Shown piece after piece: positions 40,635-48,879 of a stretch of 64,000 nucleotides of DNA. Location: positions 8,813 to 72,812 of the forward strand of contig NZ_CAKQFJ010000006.1 of assembly GCF_934230905.1 (NCBI RefSeq), written 5' to 3'. The stretch's first letter is position 1. Every line of letters begins with the position of its first letter. A program made the position numbers and the translations under genes. This DNA comes from an uncultured Veillonella sp. Lineage in GTDB: Bacteria > Bacillota > Negativicutes > Veillonellales > Veillonellaceae. Under the pieces are notes generated by a model. The model searched no databases, was not told where the DNA came from, and saw nothing but the letters and a program-made list of their open reading frames with translations.

Positions 40635-40967
40635 CTTTCCTTATGATTCTGCGTCCTGAACATTTTATTTAACCTATTATTTACTATTCCTTATTCGCTT
40701 ATGTCACATTTAACCATATAATACAATCAAAATTGTACATTTCTATATCATCATTTTGTACATTCTTTGAGCATCATTTCCATATTCATAAGATACCAAC
40801 ATATATGAATGATCTTATCTCCCAATTTTATTAATATGAAATTACACATAGTATAAGATTGCCATTAAAAATAACAATATAGTAAACAGAGAAAATAGGT
40901 AATAAATCCATTTATTATCACTATTTTTAAATATTAGTGAAAACAGGTAATTACTAGCTGAATATCT

Positions 40968-41441
40968 TTATGCTTTACTCTTAGCAAATATCATATAAAG
41001 ATGAGCACCAATAATTAGATACGATACATCATCAATATAGTTAGAAACTATTCCCACAACAATAAGAAAAATTGGATAACTCCATGCCGGTAAAGTTGAA
41101 ATAGATTGGATGCGCCTCATCCCTGCTAAAAAATACCAGGATATACAAAGCATACCTAGTAAACATATCAAAATATAATATATCAAATAAGATCCATAAC
41201 TGATGTTCTCTATAGTATCAAGTCTACTAAATAAGAAGATATCAAAATAAAGTCCTATTATAGACATAAAACTATACGCAAAAAAATTTCCACCACTCAA
41301 TCGAATTGAATAGTCAAATCCTTTTATATGAAACTTACATCCTAATATAATACCAAAAAAAGAAAATACTGGTATAATCCACCAAGTATAACTTACTAAA
41401 AAATCATGCACCACTATCTTCCTCCTTTTTATATTGCTCAT
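40968..41441 (-). CDS. hypothetical membrane protein, degenerate DUF805-like C-terminal motif (island)
   Basis: C-terminal 'MRRIQSISTLPAWSYPIFLIVVGI' resembles the RRLHDxxxSxxW…P motif of its neighbours. The ORF-track start at 41495 overlaps the upstream ORF. The start may be ATG at about 41441, or a GTG preceded by AAGGAGG at about 41413. Confidence 0.4.
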   Translation of the reverse strand: MSNIKRRKIVVHDFLVSYTWWIIPVFSFFGIILGCKFHIKGFDYSIRLSGGNFFAYSFMSIIGLYFDIFLFSRLDTIENISYGSYLIYYILICLLGMLCISWYFLAGMRRIQSISTLPAWSYPIFLIVVGIVSNYIDDVSYLIIGAHLYMIFAKSKA

Positions 41442-41709
41442 GCCTAATATAGAGTGTAACAAATAGGCTAATAATGAGTACAGGAAAAATAACAAGACTC
41501 ATTGTTTTTGTATGATGATCTGTTAGAATTAAAATAATTTTTAATAATGAGGATACTATAAGTAGAATTGGGCTCAACACAAATAAGAATTTATTTCGAA
41601 TTATTTGTCTTCCTAATAATGTTTGTACTGCGACCACACAAAAGAAACCTAGATAAATTAATTTGCTCATTTTCCTCACACATATAATATTAATTAGACT
41701 TACAAACAA
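41404..41709 (-). CDS. hypothetical small membrane protein (island) with DUF805 N-motif-like 'GRQIIRNKFLF'
   Basis: 101 aa with 2–3 TM helices. It overlaps the next ORF out of frame, so it is possibly one half of a frameshifted DUF805 gene. Confidence 0.35.
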   Translation of the reverse strand: MFVSLINIICVRKMSKLIYLGFFCVVAVQTLLGRQIIRNKFLFVLSPILLIVSSLLKIILILTDHHTKTMSLVIFPVLIISLFVTLYIRHEQYKKEEDSGA

Positions 41710-41711
41710 AT

Positions 41712-42617
41712 TTAGCTTATATTCCTTAAACTATTTATATCCCAACTACTTTTCATAAATATCCTATATATAATAAAAATATTTAAATACGGAACCAATA
41801 ATAATATGACCCAAAGCCCACTATATAAACTATCGTGTAATCTACGAATACATAATGTCAAAATTGATAAAATAGTATAAAAATATAAGACATAAAATAT
41901 ACCTATTGATATAGGTGTAAGTATTTCTATTCCTGTCTCGTCTTTAATCATAAAAAGTATTGAGATAAAATTTACGATTAAGCTAATAATCATACCAAAT
42001 GATCCTATACCAAAAAGAGCCTCTACTCTTTTAGCTCTGCCTTTAAGAGAGAATGACTGATGTATATAAATATCCCTCATATACTCTAGTAATCCATTTT
42101 TATTCTCTAAAGTTATCTTGTTATTTAAATAACCAACAGATTTTGTTGGTGAAATCAATTGAACACTACTATTTCCATATTGATTATTGCCATGATTACA
42201 TGGGAGTAGGCATAAAAATATTGTTGGTATAAAAATAACACCTAATTCGATGAGCAAAATTTTCTCAAAAAATGCTATATTTAATCCATTAACTACAAAT
42301 AGATCATACATATAATATCCATATATACTACAACTTGTTATTAACCATGAATATATCCATTTTCCTGATAATCCAAAATCATGTAATCTACGTCTGCTTA
42401 ACTCTATAACTAAACATACACCCATTAGTTTAAAGATATAACGTAAATAATACATCTCTATTAATTGGATAGACAAAGTGTTTATAATTGCATTACTAAC
42501 AAAATAGGTAAAGAATAAACCTATTGATATAAATAGATATGCCTTCTTATTTAGCCTCGTATTATTGAGCAAATCATATATATTTTGTTTTAGAAGTTGA
42601 ATCTCTTCACGTATCAT
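41712..42617 (-). CDS. tandem DUF805-domain inner-membrane protein (island paralog 1)
   Basis: 301 aa. The C-terminal half carries the full DUF805 signature (KGRAKRVEALFG…CIRRLHDSLYSGLWVILLLVPYLN). The N-terminal half is a degenerate copy (…ELSRRRLHDFGLSGKW). The N-terminus is paralogous to the 43346–44332 protein. Confidence 0.6.
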   Translation of the reverse strand: MIREEIQLLKQNIYDLLNNTRLNKKAYLFISIGLFFTYFVSNAIINTLSIQLIEMYYLRYIFKLMGVCLVIELSRRRLHDFGLSGKWIYSWLITSCSIYGYYMYDLFVVNGLNIAFFEKILLIELGVIFIPTIFLCLLPCNHGNNQYGNSSVQLISPTKSVGYLNNKITLENKNGLLEYMRDIYIHQSFSLKGRAKRVEALFGIGSFGMIISLIVNFISILFMIKDETGIEILTPISIGIFYVLYFYTILSILTLCIRRLHDSLYSGLWVILLLVPYLNIFIIYRIFMKSSWDINSLRNIS

Positions 42618-42727
42618 CTAATTTATCTTACGTTCCTCTCATGCACATAGTAGTTATTCTCCTTCATATTCTCATTAGAAAATCTTAGTACAAAATACAC
42701 TTAATATATCTTTATAATGCGATCATA

Positions 42728-43312
42728 TTACAAATTATTTAATCGATCGTGTATAGAGATTTCTTTTCTATAAAAATACTTAAAGTCAGGAGATTTACCA
42801 ATCCAAAAATTACTAATTCTATCACGAAGTTTGTAATAATTTTCGGAAGTTATATTACTACCATCAATCCAACTTATTGTATCAGGAATTGAATCCCACA
42901 AAATTAGATAATAAATAGCACCAGAAATATTAAACTTCAAAGCTATATCTACACAAATAATATCATTATCCCACCACGACGAAAATTCATCATTTACAAT
43001 CTTAATATCATTTATAATTCCAGTTATATTTAACGCATATAATGAAAATTCACTCAACAAATAATTATCATTTAAATTCTCATATTCCTCAAAACCTAAA
43101 TTAGGATAATCATCTAAATCAGGGCCTAAAATTGACTTATTTATAAATTTAATAATTTGATTCTCAAATTGTAAATATATACAGCCATCCGATATATATT
43201 CTATTTCACTTTCATCAAAAGAATTATCTCTAAGTACAAATACATTATTTACATTTTTACCTATACAATTATATATATTCTTTAGATATTCGACATTAAT
43301 CAAACTCTTCAT
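42728..43312 (-). CDS. hypothetical cytoplasmic protein, paralog B of the two-member family (island)
   Basis: 194 aa, acidic. It shares conserved blocks with the 39990–40634 protein and lies 33 nt downstream of a tandem-DUF805 gene. Confidence 0.6.
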   Translation of the reverse strand: MKSLINVEYLKNIYNCIGKNVNNVFVLRDNSFDESEIEYISDGCIYLQFENQIIKFINKSILGPDLDDYPNLGFEEYENLNDNYLLSEFSLYALNITGIINDIKIVNDEFSSWWDNDIICVDIALKFNISGAIYYLILWDSIPDTISWIDGSNITSENYYKLRDRISNFWIGKSPDFKYFYRKEISIHDRLNNL

Positions 43313-43345
43313 AAACTAATATCTCCTATATTTACATTCCTCTTT

Positions 43346-44332
43346 TTAATTCATCTCAACACCTATAATTGATGGCTTAAAAAGAATTAAATATAAAACA
43401 TATATGTTTATATAAGGAATCCATAATCCCAATATCCATAACGCACTTGCTCCAGAGTCATGTAATCTTCTAATGATCATACATACGTTAGCCAATAGTA
43501 ACCAATAATAAAAAATATATGCTATATAATCGTGCCACATATGAGATATAAATTGACTTTGAATCATAGAACTTATAATTTGATTTAATAGAGCAATAGT
43601 TATAATAAATATAATATTACACCATATAATCTGTGCTCTACTTTGTCTACCTTTGATATTCAACATATCGATAATAAATGTTTTTTTCATCACCTTTAAA
43701 ATGTGATTTAATCCGATGTATTCAACGATTGATTCATCTGATTTTCTATATTCAATAAGATCATGATATATAATCTTATGATTGCCTACTAAAGCACTAT
43801 AACTAGCTGAACCATATTTTAAGTCCCTTGGAATATGCTTAAGTAAAATAAACAAAAAAGCAAGTAACATGATTCGTATTGACATCCAAAAATAAAGAGA
43901 AAATTCAAATGTAACCGAATTTAAACCTGTACAAAAAACACGATGAATATATATTCCACCAAAGAATATTAAAGCAAAAGCAAAGCAATAACTAACAAGT
44001 TTCCCGCCTGTATGTAAATCACTATCATTAAAACGATACTGTATTAGTCTTAACATTCCTATAGAACAAATAAGCAACTGTAAAATTGCTAATATAATAT
44101 AGTCAGATTCAGTAATCCTTAAATCACTTATTATAAACAAATCAAAACTTTGAAACTCTAATCTAATTATTCCTTCGCTTAAGGCCGCTAATAGATAGCC
44201 CATTATATATAATGTATAAAATATTAATAATAATAAAGCCATAGTATATTCAATTTTATTTAAACGAATATTATGCTTAAGCATTATCAAATTTTGCTTT
44301 AAAATATAATACTCATCCTGTATATAGCTCAT
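43346..44332 (-). CDS. tandem DUF805-domain inner-membrane protein (island paralog 2)
   Basis: 328 aa. The C-terminal half is a DUF805 domain (KGRQSRAQIIW…IRRLHDSGASALWILGLWIPYINIY). The N-terminal half is degenerate (…RLIQYRFNDSDLHTGGKL). The N-terminus (LKQN…RLNK.EY) is paralogous to the 41712–42617 protein. Confidence 0.6.
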   Translation of the reverse strand: MSYIQDEYYILKQNLIMLKHNIRLNKIEYTMALLLLIFYTLYIMGYLLAALSEGIIRLEFQSFDLFIISDLRITESDYIILAILQLLICSIGMLRLIQYRFNDSDLHTGGKLVSYCFAFALIFFGGIYIHRVFCTGLNSVTFEFSLYFWMSIRIMLLAFLFILLKHIPRDLKYGSASYSALVGNHKIIYHDLIEYRKSDESIVEYIGLNHILKVMKKTFIIDMLNIKGRQSRAQIIWCNIIFIITIALLNQIISSMIQSQFISHMWHDYIAYIFYYWLLLANVCMIIRRLHDSGASALWILGLWIPYINIYVLYLILFKPSIIGVEMN

Positions 44333-44418
44333 ATTCCCTCGCTCTTAAGCTAGTAAAATTGTAATATATTAATCTTATATTTATATCACATTATATAAGA
44401 ATATTAATAAATTTTAAA

Positions 44419-44462
44419 CCACCTATCAAAGATTACCAGTCATCTTTAATAGGTGGTTCATT
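44419..44462. terminator. nested hairpin (10-bp outer stem AACCACCTAT/ATAGGTGGTT, 6-bp inner stem) downstream of larA at the island boundary
   Basis: AACCACCTATCAAAGAT-TACCAGTC-ATCTTTAATAGGTGGTT. Probable lar operon terminator. Its outer arms nearly match the element at about 48765–48813. Confidence 0.5.
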
Positions 44463-44510
44463 AAATTACCCTGAGAAATACGATCTAAGAGTTCAATATG
44501 TTATTGTAAA

Positions 44511-45797
44511 TTACGCTTTCACCACAACAGATACGCCATCAGGAATAACTGTAATGCTTGCATCTTTACCTTTTAATTCCAAGGCTTTGTTCAATGCTTC
44601 ATCAAATGTGCTAGCATGTTGTAAATGCATGTCGGTAAGCATCTTAGGGTCGCATTGATCTGTTACAATGATAACTGTAAATTGATCTAAAATACGAGCC
44701 AAGATTTGCATTTCCCATTGGTCTGGAATTGTTTCATTACGAGTCACCTTAGCAATGCGATCTAATAATTCACGAGGTGTTTTGGCATTTTTAAGGTTTT
44801 CGTATAGTGATTCCCCACCATGACCATCATTACAAGCGGCAATCATGATGATAACGCCATCTTTTTTACAAGATGCTTCGGCAGCGGTCATACCTTTTAC
44901 AGCTTGATATACGTTTTGGTCTAATGGATACCCACCATTTGTAGTGATAACGATGTCTGCTGGTACAGCTTTCACACTGGCTAGTTCAGACACAAAAGCA
45001 CAGCCTGTTTCATGAGCTTGTTCCATATCACCCGCAAAAGCATTGATAATATGTTTTTCCGCATCGATAACAACATTTAAAATAAATGCTAATTTCGCAG
45101 TACGACCCGCATATACCATATCCTTATGAATTGGATTGTTCTCGATAATACCTGTACGAGCATATGGGCTATTGATAAATTCAGCACAGTGATTTGCCAT
45201 TACAGTTACTTCAGAAGCAATGCCTGGCAATACGCTTTTTCTACCTCCAGAGAAACCAGCAAAGAAATGTGGTTCAATAAATCCTTCAGAAATTAATAGC
45301 TCAGTTTCCACAGCTAGTTTATTGATAATGCAGTCCCCACCGGATGGCAACACGCCGATTTTAGTCATTTGGCTAGCATCACCAGAGATATGGTTTACAA
45401 TCTTTTCATTGGCTACAATTTCAGGACCGAATTTATCTACCATTTCTTCATGCGTAGTAGGACGATGGAAACCAGTTGCTAATAAAATGGTAATATCGAT
45501 GGATGGATTAGCTTCACGAATACGGCGAAGTAAAATTGGCATCGTAATTTTACTAGGTACTGGACGCGTATGGTCACTTGTGATGATGACCATGTTGGAT
45601 TTACCCTTTACCAATTCTTCCAAGCGTTGGCTACCGATAGGATTATCTAACGCATGTTCTACCAATGCTTCTTGTGAAAGCTCTGCCTTATAAGAATGGG
45701 CTTTAGATTCTAATACACCTGCCACATTTTGATCAGGAATATTGATATCTACAAATCCTTTTGCATAGGGTACATTAAATGTTTTCATAGGAATCAC
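44511..45797 (-). CDS. larA: lactate racemase (nickel-pincer nucleotide dependent)
   Basis: 428 aa with long collinear identity to Lactobacillus plantarum LarA as I recall it (ITSDHTRPVPS…GFHRPTTHEEM…LPSGGDCIINK…GFIEPHFFAGFSGGRKSVLPGIAS…HKDMVYAGRTAKLAFILNVV…TNGGYPLDQNVYQAVKGMTAAEA…). Confidence 0.9.
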   Translation of the reverse strand: MIPMKTFNVPYAKGFVDINIPDQNVAGVLESKAHSYKAELSQEALVEHALDNPIGSQRLEELVKGKSNMVIITSDHTRPVPSKITMPILLRRIREANPSIDITILLATGFHRPTTHEEMVDKFGPEIVANEKIVNHISGDASQMTKIGVLPSGGDCIINKLAVETELLISEGFIEPHFFAGFSGGRKSVLPGIASEVTVMANHCAEFINSPYARTGIIENNPIHKDMVYAGRTAKLAFILNVVIDAEKHIINAFAGDMEQAHETGCAFVSELASVKAVPADIVITTNGGYPLDQNVYQAVKGMTAAEASCKKDGVIIMIAACNDGHGGESLYENLKNAKTPRELLDRIAKVTRNETIPDQWEMQILARILDQFTVIIVTDQCDPKMLTDMHLQHASTFDEALNKALELKGKDASITVIPDGVSVVVKA

Positions 45798-45843
45798 TCC
45801 TTAACTTAACACTAACAAACTATAAATAACCCGCTACGACAAA

Positions 45844-47067
45844 TCAATCCTCCTTCTTACGCAATTGTCGTTTAAGGTCTAACAAACTCATATCATTTTG
45901 CTTAGCAATGGCAGCTAGTGAATCATATTCATATTTATGTCTCTTTACACCAAATCCACTACTTGTTTTGAAAGCAATTCTGTTACCTTCCCAGTCTATG
46001 TCTCCTGCAGACCGGTTCAAAATATATCGTTCACAACGATGGTAACGAACACCAAGGCTTGTAGTGTGTTTGAATATTAAATCTCGCAGATTCTCGATAT
46101 CGTCTACCTTACAAAGAACTGTCAACATCGTACCAGGTCGTTGTTTTTTCATCATAATCGGTGTGGTAAATACATCTAAGGCTGGTGAAAGTAATAACTG
46201 TTCTACTGCATAGCCGATTTCTTCTGGTGTCATATCGTCGAGATTACAGGACATTTCAATGATTATATCTTCTAAATCATTGTTTATTTCAAGAAAGGCG
46301 CGAATACAATTCGGTCTTTCAAATTGTTTCGTGCCAAAGCCATAAGATACCTTTGTTGGTGTCATAACTGGCATATGGCTAAAAGCTGTACCAAAATATT
46401 GGGCTAACGCTGCACCGGTAGGCGTACATAGCTCACCATTAATTTGATAGTCTGCGTACATTGGTATACCGGCTAATAATTCCATCGTTGCTGGTGCTGG
46501 TACAGGTAGTTCTCCATGAGCGCAGTGAACAGTGCCAGTTCCTACATGTATAGGTGAGATAATAATCTCATCAAACTTCAATGCCTCTAAGAGTACACAA
46601 ACGGCCACAATATCTGCAATAGCATCAAGCATGCCCAGCTCGTGGAAATGAATTTGTGTTACTGTTGATTTATGAACCTTGGCCTCCGCTTCAGCTACCA
46701 GATTATATACGTTTATAGCATTCTGTTTACACGTATTGGAAATAGATAAGCTATTAATTATATCCGTTACACCTTGTAAGCCTCGGCCCTGCACATGATG
46801 TTCGCTATGTACATGGTAATCTGAATGGTCTTCATACGTATCTGTCTCACCATGTTCAGATTCTTCTATACCATTAATAGTTACTGCTACCCGATAGCCT
46901 TCCAATCCTTTATCTTCTTTTGGTATTAGTGCATAGGTGACATTAGGTATCCCTATTTGATTAAGCCGTTCTATCCATGTTTCAGGATTATCTACTAAAC
47001 CGAGTAATGTAGCGGTTAGCATATCGCCGGCAATACCCATTTGGCAATCTAAAAATAGTCGTTTCAT
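45844..47067 (-). CDS. larC: nickel-pincer cofactor biosynthesis protein LarC (CTP-dependent nickel insertase), unsplit
   Basis: 407-aa single ORF, LarC/DUF111 family (MKRLFLDCQMGIAGDMLTATLLGL…). It overlaps larB by 4 nt. Confidence 0.85.
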   Translation of the reverse strand: MKRLFLDCQMGIAGDMLTATLLGLVDNPETWIERLNQIGIPNVTYALIPKEDKGLEGYRVAVTINGIEESEHGETDTYEDHSDYHVHSEHHVQGRGLQGVTDIINSLSISNTCKQNAINVYNLVAEAEAKVHKSTVTQIHFHELGMLDAIADIVAVCVLLEALKFDEIIISPIHVGTGTVHCAHGELPVPAPATMELLAGIPMYADYQINGELCTPTGAALAQYFGTAFSHMPVMTPTKVSYGFGTKQFERPNCIRAFLEINNDLEDIIIEMSCNLDDMTPEEIGYAVEQLLLSPALDVFTTPIMMKKQRPGTMLTVLCKVDDIENLRDLIFKHTTSLGVRYHRCERYILNRSAGDIDWEGNRIAFKTSSGFGVKRHKYEYDSLAAIAKQNDMSLLDLKRQLRKKED

Positions 47068-47819
47068 TTACTTTCACCTATCTGATTAATCATGTTCGCC
47101 GTATAAGCAGCACCAAACCCATTGTCTATATTAACAACGGTAACACCACTGGCACAAGAGTTGAGCATAGATAAAAGCGCCGTAACACCACCAAATGCGG
47201 TTCCATAACCAACACTAGTTGGTACGGCGATAACAGGTACATCCACAAGGCCACCAACAACACTTGCTAAAGCCCCTTCCATACCGGCAATGACAACGAT
47301 AACCTTAGCAGACATAATAGTATCTAAATGTTGTAACAAACGATGAATACCCGCCACACCTACGTCAAAAATTCGATTGACCGTATTACCATAAAATTCA
47401 GCTGTAATAGCACATTCTTCAGCCACTTTATAATCACTTGTACCGCCGGTAACAATAGCTATACTTGACTCTGTTTTCTTCGTAGGCATATCACCAGTGT
47501 AGCCGATATGAGCATCCTTGATATATGTCAAGGAATGGTGTTCTTGAACCTCTGCAGCCACATCAGGTGCTAAGCGTGTAATCAATATATGACCTTGCCC
47601 ATTAGACTGCATGGAGGAGATAATACCCACGATTTGTTCACTAGTTTTACCGGCGCCATATATAACCTCCGGAACACCTTGTCGTAATTGACGATGTAAA
47701 TCAACGTTGGCATACCCTAAATCCTCTATCGGTTTCATTTTTAGCTTTAATAAGGCTGCATCCACATCTACCTGTCCATTTTTTACTTTCTCCAAAAGGG
47801 ATCTTATAGTATCGCTCAT
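47064..47819 (-). CDS. larB: nickel-pincer cofactor biosynthesis protein LarB (PurE-like nicotinic acid adenine dinucleotide carboxylase/hydrolase)
   Basis: 251-aa PurE/AIR-carboxylase-like fold (…IAIVTGGTSDYKVAEECAITAEFYG…). It overlaps larE by 4 nt. Confidence 0.85.
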   Translation of the reverse strand: MSDTIRSLLEKVKNGQVDVDAALLKLKMKPIEDLGYANVDLHRQLRQGVPEVIYGAGKTSEQIVGIISSMQSNGQGHILITRLAPDVAAEVQEHHSLTYIKDAHIGYTGDMPTKKTESSIAIVTGGTSDYKVAEECAITAEFYGNTVNRIFDVGVAGIHRLLQHLDTIMSAKVIVVIAGMEGALASVVGGLVDVPVIAVPTSVGYGTAFGGVTALLSMLNSCASGVTVVNIDNGFGAAYTANMINQIGESK

Positions 47820-48571
47820 GAACGCACCTCTAAATCTAATACAACATCATCAAACATAGATTTAAAAAATATGAGAATCTCAATCCTATTCTTAATAACA
47901 ATAGCAATTTGATTCTCTGGGACTTGAATTTTAGCAGTATTTCCTATCAGACGAACACGAAAATCTGATAGACCTAAGGAAAACAAATACCCTTCCGCTC
48001 GTTCAATGTGTTCTAAATCATGACCTGTTATACGTTGTCCCGCTTGAAATCTTGTAGCTAAACAAGCATAGGATGGTTTATTCCACGTAAACAAATTGGC
48101 TTGATGAGCTAAATCACGAATCATAGATTTTGTTAGATTACATTCTCGTAATGGCGACTTAACAGATAGCTCCGCTATTGCTTTCATACCTGGTCGATCT
48201 TCCACATCATCACTCGCATTGGTTCCATCACATAAAACCGTAAAACCATCACGTTTAGCATGTTCACTTATCGTTGTGAATACATGATGTTTACAGTAAT
48301 AACAACGGTCACTTGGATTGCTCATTACATCATCATGTACAAGCACATTAATATCTATAATTTCTAGAGGAATACCAATAAACTCGGCAATTTTCTTTGC
48401 ATCTTCTAATTCAAACTGTGGCACAAACTGAGATTTTACAGTATACGCTTTGCAAGGAATACCTGATTTTTTTGCGGCATATGCTAAATAAGATGAGTCT
48501 ACCCCGCCAGATAAAGCTACTGCAACATTATCAAAGCTATTTATATAATCTATTAATTTCATAATATGCAA
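47816..48571 (-). CDS. larE: nickel-pincer cofactor biosynthesis protein LarE (ATP-dependent sacrificial sulfur transferase, PP-loop)
   Basis: 251 aa with the PP-loop SGGVDSS and the cysteine-containing motif (…CYYCK…). It is the first gene of the lar operon. Confidence 0.85.
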   Translation of the reverse strand: MHIMKLIDYINSFDNVAVALSGGVDSSYLAYAAKKSGIPCKAYTVKSQFVPQFELEDAKKIAEFIGIPLEIIDINVLVHDDVMSNPSDRCYYCKHHVFTTISEHAKRDGFTVLCDGTNASDDVEDRPGMKAIAELSVKSPLRECNLTKSMIRDLAHQANLFTWNKPSYACLATRFQAGQRITGHDLEHIERAEGYLFSLGLSDFRVRLIGNTAKIQVPENQIAIVIKNRIEILIFFKSMFDDVVLDLEVRS

Positions 48572-48764
48572 TCCTTTAATAGGTTTCTATACTCTTTAAT
48601 TTATAAAAATAAAATAGAGTTACCCTAATAAGAACTCTATTACTACTATTACATTAAATTAAACAATTACTATTATATTTAGTATAAATTGTTTTATAGA
48701 TATTTTCTAACTCATAAAAAAGATAAATATTTATGTATTAAATTACATTTTTTCTATATAAGAA

Positions 48765-48813
48765 AACCACTTATCATAAATAGGTTTATCTCCCCTATTA
48801 AAAATAAGTGGTT
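48765..48813. terminator. nested hairpin (outer stem AACCACTTAT/ATAAGTGGTT, inner ATAGG/CCTAT) between recO and the lar promoter region
   Basis: AACCACTTATCATAA-ATAGGTTTATCTCCCCTAT-TAAAAATAAGTGGTT. Same outer-arm sequence (9 of 10) and nested architecture as the element at 44419–44462. Confidence 0.45.
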
Positions 48814-48879
48814 TATAATTCATAAAAATTTATGATAAGCAATCATATAAATAATGTCCAAGTAATTTATTAGAACACT

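Noticed and set aside
39502-44332. Island as prophage, integrative element or CRISPR locus
   Set aside because: There is no integrase, recombinase, transposase, phage structural gene, flanking tRNA or direct repeats, and no spacer-repeat periodicity. Low GC and paralog duplication are the only 'mobile' hallmarks.
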